Position numbers and translations under genes: made by a program. Below the pieces are notes generated by a model. The model had not been told where the DNA came from. It ran no database searches and worked only from the letters and a program-made list of their open reading frames with translations. Shown in pieces: positions 32,527 to 33,768 of a DNA stretch of 33,768 bases (the stretch's first letter is position 1; each line of letters starts with the position of its first letter). This DNA is from Salpingoeca rosetta (lineage: Eukaryota; Protista; Choanoflagellata). The stretch lies in the NCBI GenBank assembly GCA_033442325.1, contig JAWQFM010000025.1, positions 102,873 to 136,640 on the forward strand. The letters are read 5' to 3'.

Positions 32527-32932
32527 GCCGTCACCTGCACGCGCACGCACCTGTCACACACCTACGCGTGAGTGAGTGAGTGAGTGAGTGAACTCTCGCT
32601 CGCGTGAGTGCTAGGGCCTTGTGTGCGTATGTGTGTGTGTGTGTATGTGTGTGCGATCTGCACGTGTGTCTTTAGCGTTGTGTGTTTCTCTGTGCTGTTT
32701 GTTGTGTTTGTGGATGTTCATTGAGCCGAAGCCAATTTGACCGTTAGTCGTGTGCATGTGTGTGCATGTGTTTCCATGGAAGTTGTGTGTTGTGCTGTTC
32801 AAGCGTCGTTTCGTGTCATTTCGTTTGTACGTGTGTCGCTGTGTTCGTTTATTCTCGCACTGTTGTCGTGTTGTGGCCGTGTGATGAGAAGTAAAACCTC
32901 TCTTGTCTCAGTCCAAAACAGCCATGCCATTC

Positions 32933-32971
<39 letters not shown>

Positions 32972-32982
32972 GCACATGCACA

Positions 32983-33768
32983 TCATTGGCGAGCGTTGTC
33001 TTCCCTGTCTGGGAGCAGGTCCATGACCACATGTCCACCATCACCACCACTACCATCACCACTGGTGCCTGTTGTCGCGTCGTGGCCATCGTGCGCGCCT
33101 GTTGCCGTGCTCATCATTGTTACTGCTGCTGAAGTCGTTGGTGGTGGTTGCACCGCCGCCCCCACCAGCTGCCCGTCGTCCAGTGTGCCGGGAGCCACGC
33201 CACTGACTGTGGTCGTGGCCGTGGTCGTCGTGGTGGTGTTGTTGCTAGTTGCTGTCGTGCTGGTGCTGGCCGTGGTGGTTGCGGCACCAACTGCCGGGGC
33301 CGCCGTGGATGTGTTACCCTGGGTCACACCTTGACCCATTCCCGCTGACATTGCGTTTGCTGTTGTCGCTGCTGCTGTTGTTGCTGTTGTTGCTGTTGTC
33401 GTTGCTGTTGTTGTTGCATGCGTGTTGCTTACGTGGCGACCCGTGCCTCCACCTCCACCTCCACTTCCACTTCCAGGGCCGTTGCTGCTGCTGTTAGCGT
33501 TCCCACTCGTGTTGGCGCTGGTGTTGGCGCTGGTGTTGATGTTCGTCGCCGGCTGCGTGCGTGCGTGGGCGGATACGGTGTTTGCCATTCGTGTTGCGTA
33601 CAGCGGTGGGAATGTGGTGGTGTGCTCCGCTTCAGCCGGCACATACAGCACAGAGCTCGACACGGCTATGCGCGGCGGCGACGACGAAGATGTTGTTGCT
33701 GCTGTTGATGTTGTTGATGTTGCTGCTGCTGATGCTGTTGCTGCTGTTGATGTTGTTGATGTTGCTGA
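32983..33768 (-). CDS. 3' part of a minus-strand gene with a low-complexity Ser/Thr/Ala/Gly C-terminus; product unidentified
   Basis: The frame is open from the window end (SATSTTSTAA...SSSSPPRIAVSSSVLYVP...) to the stop at 32985-32983. No recognisable domain. Confidence 0.5.
   Translation of the reverse strand, partial: SATSTTSTAATASAAATSTTSTAATTSSSSPPRIAVSSSVLYVPAEAEHTTTFPPLYATRMANTVSAHARTQPATNINTSANTSANTSGNANSSSNGPGSGSGGGGGGTGRHVSNTHATTTATTTATTATTAAATTANAMSAGMGQGVTQGNTSTAAPAVGAATTTASTSTTATSNNTTTTTTATTTVSGVAPGTLDDGQLVGAAVQPPPTTSAAVTMMSTATGAHDGHDATTGTSGDGSGGDGGHVVMDLLPDREDNARQ

Overview
Gene-dense, intron-rich eukaryotic DNA with (GT)n/(CA)n microsatellites in most introns and intergenic spacers and three 100-N assembly gaps. 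The style and gene content suggest a choanoflagellate such as Salpingoeca rosetta; this is inference, not a database match. Hand-splicing at GT..AG sites gives eight near-complete genes and two edge fragments. (1) A secreted multi-exon ADAM10/17-type metalloprotease (1999-9480) whose exons run in phase through disintegrin-like, Cys-rich and TSP1 modules, an unnamed beta-domain and a mucin stalk into six PAN/Apple-like 'RFSTAFD' repeats; at least one exon is probably hidden in an assembly gap. (2) An intronless coiled-coil plus seven-repeat beta-propeller protein. (3) A minus-strand secreted Thr-stalk/Kelch protein with a 1-nt frameshift in its (ACA)n tract. (4) Mitochondrial aconitase. (5) Centriolar POC5. 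(6) An intronless Cys-rich type I membrane protein. (7) LYRM7/MZM1. (8) ATP synthase OSCP. Most listed ORFs are microsatellite or antisense artefacts. The best candidate for an undescribed system is the ADAM-TSP1-mucin-6xPAN protease, set among other lineage-specific extracellular proteins.
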